A program made the position numbers and the translations under genes. Of a stretch of DNA of 64,000 nucleotides, positions 25,016-33,357 are shown piece after piece (position 1 is the stretch's first letter; every line of letters begins with the position of its first letter). The stretch spans positions 2,790-66,789 of the forward strand of contig CAZNYN010000006.1 in assembly GCA_964577295.1 (NCBI GenBank). Direction: 5' to 3'. The notes beneath the pieces were generated by a model, which was given only the letters and a program-made list of their open reading frames with translations, searched no databases and was not told the origin of the DNA. Origin of the DNA: an uncultured Synergistaceae bacterium. Its GTDB lineage: Bacteria; Synergistota; Synergistia; Synergistales; Synergistaceae.

Positions 25016-26068
25016 ATGTTTAAAAAAGGAATGAATCATTGCTTTTCAGGCATATCGGCTGTATTTGCGGCTATTTTGCTTCTAACTGCGGTACAGTGCG
25101 CCGACGCAGCCCCGGTCGTGCTGAAATTTGCTGGACAAAATCCACCGGATCACTTTGCAACAGAATCAATGAGACAGATAGCAAAAGAAGTAAAACAGAA
25201 AACCAACGGCAGAGTGGAAATTAAAGTCTATCCCGCAAATCAGCTTGGAGACTACTCTCTTGTCTATGAAGAACTTATCCGCGGAACAATAGAAATGGCG
25301 TGTATATCTTTTCCAAGCCAGTTTGACAACAGAATGGACCTCATCTACGTTCAGGGATATACAAGCAGCTACGAACAAGTAGCCAAAGTTTACAACCCGA
25401 ATGGTTGGTTCTTCAAAAAAATGAATGAATTTAACTCAAGGCTCGGAGTCAAACTTCTCGGAATGTACCTTGAAGGAATGGTCGGAACATGCACAGTTAA
25501 AGAGATGAAAAACCCTCTTGACCCCAAAAAGGATAAAGGGATTCTGCTCCGCATACCAAATATGGACGTATTCAAAACCGCTCTTGAAGGAGCAAAGTTC
25601 AGAACTATATCCATACCTTTCGCCGATGTCTACCAGTCCCTTCAAACAGGTGTCTGTGACGGTGACACAGGCTACTCCATCGTAGCGGCCTACACTGCCC
25701 TCAGTGATGTAATAAAGCATTGGTACAATTTCAACAAAAATACAGAATGCCTTGGAATCATGATAAGCAACAAAACATGGGAGAAGCTGACACCTGAGGA
25801 TAGAAAAATTCTTCAGGCAGCTGTAAGCAAACAGGCGGCTCTCAGCATAACCAACGCAAAAGCCAATGACCGCAAATATCTTGAGCTTATGAAGAAGAAA
25901 GGCGTAAAAGTTCATATGTATACGACAGAAGAACTCCAGCCTCTGATGGACGCTTTTGCAGCCACATGGAGCCAGCTTGATGAAAGCAAAGGCAAAGAGC
26001 TCATGGATGAATTTAAGAAAGAGATGAAGAAAATTTCTCAGGAAGTAGCAAAAGAAAAGAAAAAATAG
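25016..26068 (+). CDS. TRAP transporter solute-binding protein (DctP family), secreted
   Basis: Signal peptide, then VVLKFAGQNPPDHFATESMRQIAKEVKQKTNGRVEIKVYPANQLG, which is typical of DctP-type receptors. No DctQ/DctM genes are adjacent. Confidence 0.8.
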   Translation: MFKKGMNHCFSGISAVFAAILLLTAVQCADAAPVVLKFAGQNPPDHFATESMRQIAKEVKQKTNGRVEIKVYPANQLGDYSLVYEELIRGTIEMACISFPSQFDNRMDLIYVQGYTSSYEQVAKVYNPNGWFFKKMNEFNSRLGVKLLGMYLEGMVGTCTVKEMKNPLDPKKDKGILLRIPNMDVFKTALEGAKFRTISIPFADVYQSLQTGVCDGDTGYSIVAAYTALSDVIKHWYNFNKNTECLGIMISNKTWEKLTPEDRKILQAAVSKQAALSITNAKANDRKYLELMKKKGVKVHMYTTEELQPLMDAFAATWSQLDESKGKELMDEFKKEMKKISQEVAKEKKK

Positions 26069-26098
26069 CTTAACGCAATCCAATTCTAAAATATCTGT

Positions 26099-26144
26099 CC
26101 TCCCGTTTGATGCTTTTGAGTTACCATCAATCGGGAGGATTTTA
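26099..26144 (+). terminator. Intrinsic terminator after the TRAP binding-protein gene
   Basis: Stem CCTCCCGTTTGATG / CATCAATCGGGAGG (one mismatch) followed by ATTTTAT. Confidence 0.65.
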
Positions 26145-26296
26145 TCATGTGAAAAAGCATCCAAAATCGAGAAATATCAGACATGCAGTCGAATATCCCG
26201 CGCAAACCGCCGCTTAACATTGCATTGATTATATTCGGCTATATAAACCATCAATCTATTAATACATAAATTTAAATCGGAGTATCGTATATAAAA

Positions 26297-27739
26297 CTAC
26301 ACTTTCTTTTTCTCCAGAGGTTTGCTTTCGGCTACAAATTTTTCCAGCCTTTCTTTGGCTGATTTGTCGTGGCAGTAGACTCCGGCACCGTGTGAGCAGC
26401 CTCCGGGGCAGGTCATTACTTCTATTAGGTCGAATGGCGCTCCGTTTCTGGCGTAGGCTCTCATTTTTGCTATTTCCGCTTTGCTTGTACCGTTTATGCA
26501 GGAAGTGCGTATCTCTTTGCCTGCCGATACGGATACGACCGCTTTTGCCACTCCTCCGCTTGAGCCGAAGCCTCTTCCTTCTGCGGATGCTTCATTTTTG
26601 ATTTTGGCTTCTTCGCAGTTTTCGGGGTCTATGCCTGCCGCTATCAGTATGGAATGCAGCTCTTCAAATGTCATTATGAAGTCCACGCAGGAATCTTCCA
26701 GCGCTTCTTTTCTCTTTGCCACGCACGGGCCTATAAAGACGGTAAGTATTGCCGGATTTTTTGACTTTATCATCTCAGCCGTGTAGTGCATCGGAGTAGG
26801 AGTGTCAGAGACGTGCGGAAGCATTTCAGGGATGTGCCGTCTGACTGTCTGTATATATGCAGGGCAGCAAGAAGTTGTCATGAAGGGTTCGTTTTTTGCC
26901 ATGCGTTCGAGCAACTCTTCTGATTCTTCCTTGGCCGTTCTCTCCGCGCCGAGGGCTACTTCCACAACTTCGGCAAATCCGAGTTTTTTGATTGCAGTGA
27001 TTAGTTTGCCGTGTGATACGTCAAACTGCCCCGCAAATGCGGGAGCGGTCATTGCGTACACCGGGACAGAACCTTTGAGGGCACGAAGTATGTCCACAAC
27101 CTGGCTTCTTTCAAGTACAGCTCCAAAGGGACACGCCATTACACAGCATCCACAGCTTATGCATTTGTCGTAGTTTATTTTTGCGGCTCCGTGCTCGTCT
27201 TTGGATATGGCATCTACGGGGCAGTTTTCCTCGCACGGAACGGATATCTTTGCTATCGCCCCATAGGGGCATACTGTTTTGCATTTGCCGCAGTTTTTGC
27301 ATTTCGCTTTGTTTATATGTGAGCAGCCGTTTATTACATTTATCGCACCGAAGGGGCATGTCGTTTCGCATGGACGTGCGAGGCAGCCCTGGCAGAGTTC
27401 CGTGACATAGTACCTGGTATTGGCACAGCCTTTGCAGGCTATGTCTATTATTGTGAGGGGCGGCCCCTGTATTGTTTCTCTTTCGAGAGCTGCATCGGCG
27501 TATTCGAGAAGCGATGTCATTTCGTCATCTTCTTCCACGCTGAAGCCGAGGCCGGCGAGGACTCTGTTTCTGATTATGGCTCTTTCTTTATATACGCAGC
27601 AGCGATATTTAGCATCAGAACCCACGGGAATGCGTTTAAATGGCAGTTTTTTTACTCCCTGCCTGAAATTATCGCTCCAAAAAGCCCCTGCAATGTTTTC
27701 TATTATCCACCGCTTTGTGTTCATCAGGTGATTATCCAT
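26297..27739 (-). CDS. [FeFe] hydrogenase catalytic subunit with N-terminal Cys-rich extension and ferredoxin-like 4Fe-4S domains (possibly group B)
   Basis: The three H-cluster motifs are present: TSCCPAY, GPCVAKRKE and EVMTCPGGCSHGAG. Several CxxCxxCxxxCP clusters precede them. I chose the internal ATG (MDNHLMN) after GAGAGG. Confidence 0.8.
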   Translation of the reverse strand: MDNHLMNTKRWIIENIAGAFWSDNFRQGVKKLPFKRIPVGSDAKYRCCVYKERAIIRNRVLAGLGFSVEEDDEMTSLLEYADAALERETIQGPPLTIIDIACKGCANTRYYVTELCQGCLARPCETTCPFGAINVINGCSHINKAKCKNCGKCKTVCPYGAIAKISVPCEENCPVDAISKDEHGAAKINYDKCISCGCCVMACPFGAVLERSQVVDILRALKGSVPVYAMTAPAFAGQFDVSHGKLITAIKKLGFAEVVEVALGAERTAKEESEELLERMAKNEPFMTTSCCPAYIQTVRRHIPEMLPHVSDTPTPMHYTAEMIKSKNPAILTVFIGPCVAKRKEALEDSCVDFIMTFEELHSILIAAGIDPENCEEAKIKNEASAEGRGFGSSGGVAKAVVSVSAGKEIRTSCINGTSKAEIAKMRAYARNGAPFDLIEVMTCPGGCSHGAGVYCHDKSAKERLEKFVAESKPLEKKKV

Positions 27740-27887
27740 TTCAGCCCGCCTCTCTTTTTCCTGAAGCGGATAATATACCATTTGTGATTTGAATACAATA
27801 GACACACAATTTTTCGCAAGAGATGAAATTTAACAAATACTCTGTCGTGTTGTCTTTCACAAGGATATCGCCGATATATATGTCAAA

Positions 27888-28793
27888 TCAGCTGTGATTT
27901 GACGGAGATGTGTCCTTTCTGTATTCCTTGGGAGTTATTCCCAGCTCTTTTTTGAAGCAGACTGTGAAGTAGCTGCTGTTGCCGAAACCGGTACGCTGTG
28001 CAATTTCGGATATGCTCATATCCGCCGTTGTAAGAAGTTTTATGCTCTTTGATATGCGGTATCCGGTGAGGTATCTGAAAGGTGTTGTGCGCAGTATTCT
28101 CGAAAATATGCGGCAGCACTCCCCTTTGCTGATATGGGCCGACTCGGCAATATTTTCGAGAGTTATTTTTTCCGTATAGTTCTCAGATATGTATTCCAGC
28201 AGAGTTTTCATGCGCTTTTTGTCCGCACGTGATATTCTTGAAATATCTTTTAGTATTTCTTCGTTGTTTTTAACGATAATGAGCCATATTCTGCTTATAA
28301 TAACTTTGAGCTCAAGCTCATACCCATAGGAATGTTCATCCATTATCCGCGCCATCTCAAGAAGCGCCGAGCATATTTCTTTGTGCCACGGCTCTTGTTT
28401 TAGGAAGACTATCTGCAAACGGTCCGAAAGCAGCAGAGGGTCTATATACTCTCTTCTTACAAGGCTGCTGCTGTATCCCGATATCACTTTGGGGTCGAAA
28501 TTGACGCAGACGTATTCTCCCTCGCTGTCGTCAGTAGGCTCCGCCTCATGAAGGCAGCCTGAATTTATAAATACGCCCTCTCCTTCGAGGATGCGGCATT
28601 CATGTTCGGGAGAGCGAAAGACTACGGATCCTTTGGTGACAACTCCAATTTGTACTTCGTAGTGCCAGTGCAGAACGTATTTGCAGTGTTCGTTCGCGAC
28701 ACACTGTCTGTCCATCGAGAGGGGAAAGTCATCTTTTCCATGTTCCGTTAGCTCTTGAAGTGTAGAGTCCGTATATATGGGGCGAAATATCAT
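27888..28793 (-). CDS. AraC-family transcriptional regulator (N-terminal cupin-like sensor, C-terminal HTH)
   Basis: C-terminal AraC HTH (ENIAESAHISKGECCRIFSR...IAQRTGFGNSSYFTVCFKKELGITPKEYR). Start at the ATG after AAGGTGA. Confidence 0.85.
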   Translation of the reverse strand: MIFRPIYTDSTLQELTEHGKDDFPLSMDRQCVANEHCKYVLHWHYEVQIGVVTKGSVVFRSPEHECRILEGEGVFINSGCLHEAEPTDDSEGEYVCVNFDPKVISGYSSSLVRREYIDPLLLSDRLQIVFLKQEPWHKEICSALLEMARIMDEHSYGYELELKVIISRIWLIIVKNNEEILKDISRISRADKKRMKTLLEYISENYTEKITLENIAESAHISKGECCRIFSRILRTTPFRYLTGYRISKSIKLLTTADMSISEIAQRTGFGNSSYFTVCFKKELGITPKEYRKDTSPSNHS

Positions 28794-28855
28794 TATTATC
28801 ACCTTGGCACAGCTCATATATGTTAAATGTTCCGTCAATCTTACCACATCAGAAC

Positions 28856-28893
28856 AAATTTAGAGCCGAACATGAGAGTTCGGCTCTAAATTT
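28856..28893 (-). terminator. Hairpin terminator after the YfcC-family transporter gene
   Basis: 15-bp perfect stem AATTTAGAGCCGAAC / GTTCGGCTCTAAATT with a 6-nt loop. The U-tract is weak. Confidence 0.45.
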
Positions 28894-28927
28894 TACGTAA
28901 AATTTCTTAATTTTTGTTCAGATATTT

Positions 28928-30325
28928 TTAGAACGGGCCATATCCTATTGCCACGGATATCATTATGAACACGAGAGCGATAAGGCTCCAGAGCGAGAAG
29001 AGAGGGAGGAACCATTTCGCCCATGTCGTCCAGGGAATTTTTGCCATTGCGATAGCTGCCATTATCTCTGTTGATGTAACTGTCATGTTGTTTGAGAAGG
29101 CGTCGGCAAACTGGAAGCAGAGAACGGCTGTCTGCCTTGTAACTCCGACAACGTCCGCAAGAGGCGCCATTATCGGCATTGTTAGGGCGGCCTGTCCCGA
29201 GCCGGAGCTTACTATGAAGCTGATTATTGTCTGTACGACAAACATGCCTGCAGCGGCAAACGACGGAGGAAGAATTTTGACCATATAGGAGAGCCCGTTA
29301 ATTATTGTATCCATTACGTGGCCGGCATCAAGAATTACAACTATGACTCTGGCAAATCCGACTATAAGAGCGGCTCCGACAAAGTTTCCCGCGCCTTTTG
29401 TGAATTCCTGTGCTATCTCGTCGGGATAGAGTCCGCCAAGAACTCCCGCCACGACTGTCAGTATGATAAAGATTGCACCAAGCTCTTCAATATAGAAGCC
29501 AAGCTTGACAACTCCGAATACTATTGAGACTATAGCGGCTGTGAAAGCAAGGAGCACAAGCTTGTGCCTTGTTGTCATTTCGGGAATATTGTCTATGTCT
29601 ATGCGGAATTCGAGAGTCTTGTCAATTTCGTAAGTCGGGCTTTTTGTCGGATCTTTTTTAATTTTATTTGCGTAGAACCATACATACGCAATGCCGACCG
29701 CAACGATGACTACGTATATTATCGCTCTGAATTCTATTCCGGAGAAAAGGGGAAGACCGGCTATGCCCTGTGCGACTCCTATCGTGAAGGGGTTTGTAAG
29801 AGTTCCGGCAAAGCCCGCGCCTGCTCCGAGCATACATATCGCGACGGCGGTTATTGAGTCAAATCCCATTGTAAGACATATTGCCAGCACCATGGGCAGG
29901 AATACCAGCATCTCTTCTGCCATGCCTATGAAGCAGCCTCCGAGGGAGAATATGAACATCAGAACAGGAATCATTAAAGTTTCCCGTCCCGCCATTCGCT
30001 TTATCACAGACCCCATAGCAACCGTTATTGCGCCTGTAGCTTCCAAAACACTGAAAGCACCGCCTATAATAAGGAGGAAGAACATAATATATCCGGCTTC
30101 TTCCATACCTTTGGGGAATGACTTAAAGACACTGAAAAGATCTACGGGGGACTGTTCGATTGTGTGGAATGAATCAGCAACAACTACCATTCTTCCCGTC
30201 TCCGCGTTTTCCACCCTGTTAAATTCTCCCGCAGGCAGAACGTATGTGCAGACCGCTGCAATAAGGATTAGGGCGAACAACAGTGAAAGTGGTTCAAGCA
30301 TTGAAAACTTTCTTGTCTTTTGCAT
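28928..30325 (-). CDS. YfcC/DcuC-type anaerobic carrier family transporter
   Basis: 465-aa polytopic protein with a YfcC-like N-terminus (LSLLFALILIAAVCTYVLPAGEF...). Internal ATG follows GGAGGG. Confidence 0.7.
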   Translation of the reverse strand: MQKTRKFSMLEPLSLLFALILIAAVCTYVLPAGEFNRVENAETGRMVVVADSFHTIEQSPVDLFSVFKSFPKGMEEAGYIMFFLLIIGGAFSVLEATGAITVAMGSVIKRMAGRETLMIPVLMFIFSLGGCFIGMAEEMLVFLPMVLAICLTMGFDSITAVAICMLGAGAGFAGTLTNPFTIGVAQGIAGLPLFSGIEFRAIIYVVIVAVGIAYVWFYANKIKKDPTKSPTYEIDKTLEFRIDIDNIPEMTTRHKLVLLAFTAAIVSIVFGVVKLGFYIEELGAIFIILTVVAGVLGGLYPDEIAQEFTKGAGNFVGAALIVGFARVIVVILDAGHVMDTIINGLSYMVKILPPSFAAAGMFVVQTIISFIVSSGSGQAALTMPIMAPLADVVGVTRQTAVLCFQFADAFSNNMTVTSTEIMAAIAMAKIPWTTWAKWFLPLFSLWSLIALVFIMISVAIGYGPF

Positions 30326-30452
30326 GGTGACCCTCCTATGTATATTTAATGAAGCTGTTTTTGGAAGCATGATAAGTATTACTATTTTTGTGGAATTTTT
30401 CTATTCGGAGATTGACCGATTTTATAAAAATATTAACATAACATAAATTATC

Positions 30453-30515
30453 TATCTATTTAAGCTTAACCATGTTAAAATCACAAACCAGAATCTCGTA
30501 TATATCTATTTAAGC
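30453..30515. repeat. Two copies of the 13-mer TATCTATTTAAGC exactly 50 bp apart in a divergent promoter region
   Basis: Copies at 30453-30465 and 30503-30515 are identical and in direct orientation, between the YfcC-type transporter gene and pepD. Confidence 0.6.
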
Positions 30516-30540
30516 CGGATGGCTGAAAGGACTGAATTTT

Positions 30541-32019
30541 ATGACACGTTCATTTTCAAACACCGATGAACTTCTAACTCATACCGTTTTCCGCAACTTC
30601 GCAAAGATATGCGAAATACCTCATCCGAGCTTTCACGAAGAAAAAATAAGCGAATACCTTTATAACTGGGCAAAGGAGCGCTCACTTGATGTCACAAGAG
30701 ACAAGAGCAACAATATCTTTATACGCAAAGCAGCGACAAAAGGCTATGAAGACGCTCCCGCAATTCTGCTTCAGGCTCATATGGACATGGTATGTGTAAA
30801 GAGCGCCGACTCTGACCACGATTTTATTAATGACCCTATAACAATGGTACTGGACGGGGACATACTCTCCACAGGAGGCAAGACTACATTGGGCGCGGAT
30901 GACGGCATAGGCATGTCATACGCCCTCTCGGTTCTTGAGTCAGATACTCTTGAACATCCACCCATCGAAGCTCTCTTCACCACATCGGAAGAGGAAGATA
31001 TGGGAGGAGCTCTTAATTTCGACACATCACTGCTTAAGGCTAAGTACCTGATAAACCTTGACCACGCAGTTGACAGCGAAATTCTTACAGGAAGCTGCGG
31101 GGGCATAGGCATTAAAACTTTCCACAAATTAGAGAAAACAGTTGTTCCCTCAGATTGGAGCACCTTTGACATAAGCATAAGAGGCCTTAAGGGAGGACAC
31201 TCGGGAGAGGACATCCACAGAGGACACGGAAACGCGAGCATCCTTCTCGGCAGATTTATGGCTGAGTGCGTTTCAAAATTTCCCGTGCTTCTTTCATACA
31301 TTAAAGGCGGCACATTCAGGCTTGCAATCCCAAGCTATGCCGATGCGACAATATCTGCCGCACCTTCGGATATTCCGGCTTTAAAAGATATCGCTAGGGA
31401 AATGTCGGAAATCTTCGCAAAAGAGTATGAGGCTACCGCTCCCGATTTTACATTGACTCTTAAAGAAGCCGACAGAGCGGAAAGTGCCGTCTCCTATGAG
31501 GATACAAAAAAACTTATAACGACAATTATATTATCGCCGGACGGTATTTCGGAGATGAACGGCGGCGTTCCCGGAACAGTCGAAAGCTCCGACAACATGG
31601 GAGAAATGTACATGGAAGGAGACACTTTGATCATTATATATGAGATCAGAGCGTCTTTTAAATCGACACAGGAATACCTTGTGCGAAAGATAACAACTCT
31701 GACAAAAATGATGGGAGCTGAATACGAAACCTTCTCTGCATATCCAGGATGGGCTTTCTCGCCCGTCTCACCATTAAGAGAGACAGCTCTGCGAATCTAC
31801 AAGGAAAAGTACGGCTCAGACATGACAGTCACAGTTGTCCATGCCGGACTTGAAGTGGGATGCTTCATAGAAGGCAAAAGAGATCTGGATGCAATATCCA
31901 TCGGGCCGAACTGCTGGTATTTCCACTCTCCGTCAGAGTGCACAAGCGTATCTTCGGTCTGCAAAACATGGGATTTCCTATGTGCACTGCTTGCCGAAGG
32001 GAGAAGCCTGCCCAAATGA
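30541..32019 (+). CDS. pepD: Aminoacyl-histidine (Xaa-His) dipeptidase, M20 family
   Basis: PepD-like N-terminus (FRNFAKICEIPHPSFHEEKISEYL), LQAHMDMVC and GADDGIG motifs; 492 aa. Confidence 0.85.
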   Translation: MTRSFSNTDELLTHTVFRNFAKICEIPHPSFHEEKISEYLYNWAKERSLDVTRDKSNNIFIRKAATKGYEDAPAILLQAHMDMVCVKSADSDHDFINDPITMVLDGDILSTGGKTTLGADDGIGMSYALSVLESDTLEHPPIEALFTTSEEEDMGGALNFDTSLLKAKYLINLDHAVDSEILTGSCGGIGIKTFHKLEKTVVPSDWSTFDISIRGLKGGHSGEDIHRGHGNASILLGRFMAECVSKFPVLLSYIKGGTFRLAIPSYADATISAAPSDIPALKDIAREMSEIFAKEYEATAPDFTLTLKEADRAESAVSYEDTKKLITTIILSPDGISEMNGGVPGTVESSDNMGEMYMEGDTLIIIYEIRASFKSTQEYLVRKITTLTKMMGAEYETFSAYPGWAFSPVSPLRETALRIYKEKYGSDMTVTVVHAGLEVGCFIEGKRDLDAISIGPNCWYFHSPSECTSVSSVCKTWDFLCALLAEGRSLPK

Positions 32020-33158
32020 TTCTGCTGGTCTTCCTTGCCTATTACGGCATAAATTGCTTTATTAACGTATACTTTATATTCGGCCCTCTCTATGAGAAAT
32101 TTGGAGCATCTCCCGGCGAGGTGGGGCTTTTTCTGAGTATATTCTATATGGCAATGATTGCATGCCGCCCGCTCGGAAGTCTCACAATGGAAAGAGCCGG
32201 CATCAGAAAAACTCTGATGGGGAGTTCTCTGATATCCGCTGCTGCTGCGGCCGGGATGGCGATATCGCTGGCTTTGTCTCTCTCCTCTCCTCTGCTCTTT
32301 TTCCGTGCTGTCTCGGGAGTAAGCGCCAGCATATTTATTGTGGCGACAGTAGCATATCAGTCCATGATACTGGACGAAAAGAACCGCGGCTGGGGATTCG
32401 CCCTTTTTACAACAGGCTCTATGTTTCCTCTGGCCACAGTCATTCCTCTGTCGGAATGGATTCTGAAGCAGGGATACAACTATGTTTACATGTGGCTTCC
32501 GGTAGTTGTGGCGGCAATCTGCTTCGGCATAAGCTGCATTATGAAGGAGACAGCCCAAGTAGAGAAAAAAGAGAAGGCATGGGGTACATATTCGGAGCTG
32601 TTTAAAATTAAAGGAGTCCCGACACTTTACCTATCCGGGATATTAATGTCCGTAGCAGACAGCATGACACTCTGCGTGGCAATGCTCGCAGTAGACAGAG
32701 GCGTATCTGTCTCATACTTCATGATATCTGTCTCCGTAGCCGCAGTCTGCATACGCACACTCGGCTTTAAGGTGATGAACAGCATACCCAGGCTTCTGCT
32801 CGCCGCACCGTCTGCCGCTCTCATGGGACTTTCCGTGCTATTCCTCTCTTTCAGTTCTACTCCGTTCTTCTTCGTAATCTTCGGTCTGCTCTTCGGGCTA
32901 GGCATCGGCATGGGATATCCTACACACCTTTCGCTGATCGGCGACATTGTGCCTATTAAGCTCCACCCAAAAGCCACAGGCGGATTTCTGCTCTTTTATG
33001 ATTTCGGCTGGGTAGCGACTCCCCTGCTCTTCGGTGCCATAGCGCCGCTCTTCGGTGCAAGCGGAGCATTCCGCGCTATAGGAATAGTCGCCTTTGCATG
33101 CTCCGCGGCAATACAGTATTTTCTCTGGATGCCGATGTGGAGAGAGCGCAAAGCTTAG
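32016..33158 (+). CDS. MFS transporter
   Basis: 380-aa polytopic protein. Its ATG overlaps the pepD stop (ATGA), which suggests translational coupling. The longer track ORF from 31860 overlaps pepD and was trimmed. Confidence 0.7.
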   Translation: MILLVFLAYYGINCFINVYFIFGPLYEKFGASPGEVGLFLSIFYMAMIACRPLGSLTMERAGIRKTLMGSSLISAAAAAGMAISLALSLSSPLLFFRAVSGVSASIFIVATVAYQSMILDEKNRGWGFALFTTGSMFPLATVIPLSEWILKQGYNYVYMWLPVVVAAICFGISCIMKETAQVEKKEKAWGTYSELFKIKGVPTLYLSGILMSVADSMTLCVAMLAVDRGVSVSYFMISVSVAAVCIRTLGFKVMNSIPRLLLAAPSAALMGLSVLFLSFSSTPFFFVIFGLLFGLGIGMGYPTHLSLIGDIVPIKLHPKATGGFLLFYDFGWVATPLLFGAIAPLFGASGAFRAIGIVAFACSAAIQYFLWMPMWRERKA

Positions 33159-33183
33159 CATTCATTTAACACAGATACAGACA

Positions 33184-33234
33184 AAAAAGCCGTGCCGCGT
33201 TAGTAAAAAACGTGACACGGCTTTTCACGTTTTT
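33184..33234 (+). terminator. Intrinsic terminator after the pepD-MFS operon
   Basis: Stem AAAAGCCGTG / CACGGCTTTT followed by a T-rich tract. Confidence 0.65.
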
Positions 33235-33357
33235 GGGAATTGTTCTCTAATGACGTTTTAGAGTTAAATGTTAGTAAAGTTACGAGGGATGAGCAGAGCA
33301 ATCCCTGTTTTGCTTACACAAATTTTTTTAAAATATATATTTAAAGGAGGAGAAATA

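Noticed and set aside
26183-26269. 28-codon ORF (MQSNIPRKPPLNIALIIFGYINHQSINT) in the gap between the TRAP SBP gene and the hydrogenase gene.
   Set aside because: It has no Shine-Dalgarno sequence and no promoter-like element, and it lies between two convergent gene ends. It is most likely a chance ORF.
31860-32015. 5' extension of the MFS ORF overlapping pepD by 160 nt.
   Set aside because: The in-frame ATG at 32016 overlaps the pepD stop (ATGA) and begins the first TM segment. The extension is non-hydrophobic shadow sequence.
33159-33357. Glycine riboswitch upstream of the grd genes.
   Set aside because: No conserved glycine-aptamer core sequences were seen, and a betaine-type module would not be expected to respond to glycine.
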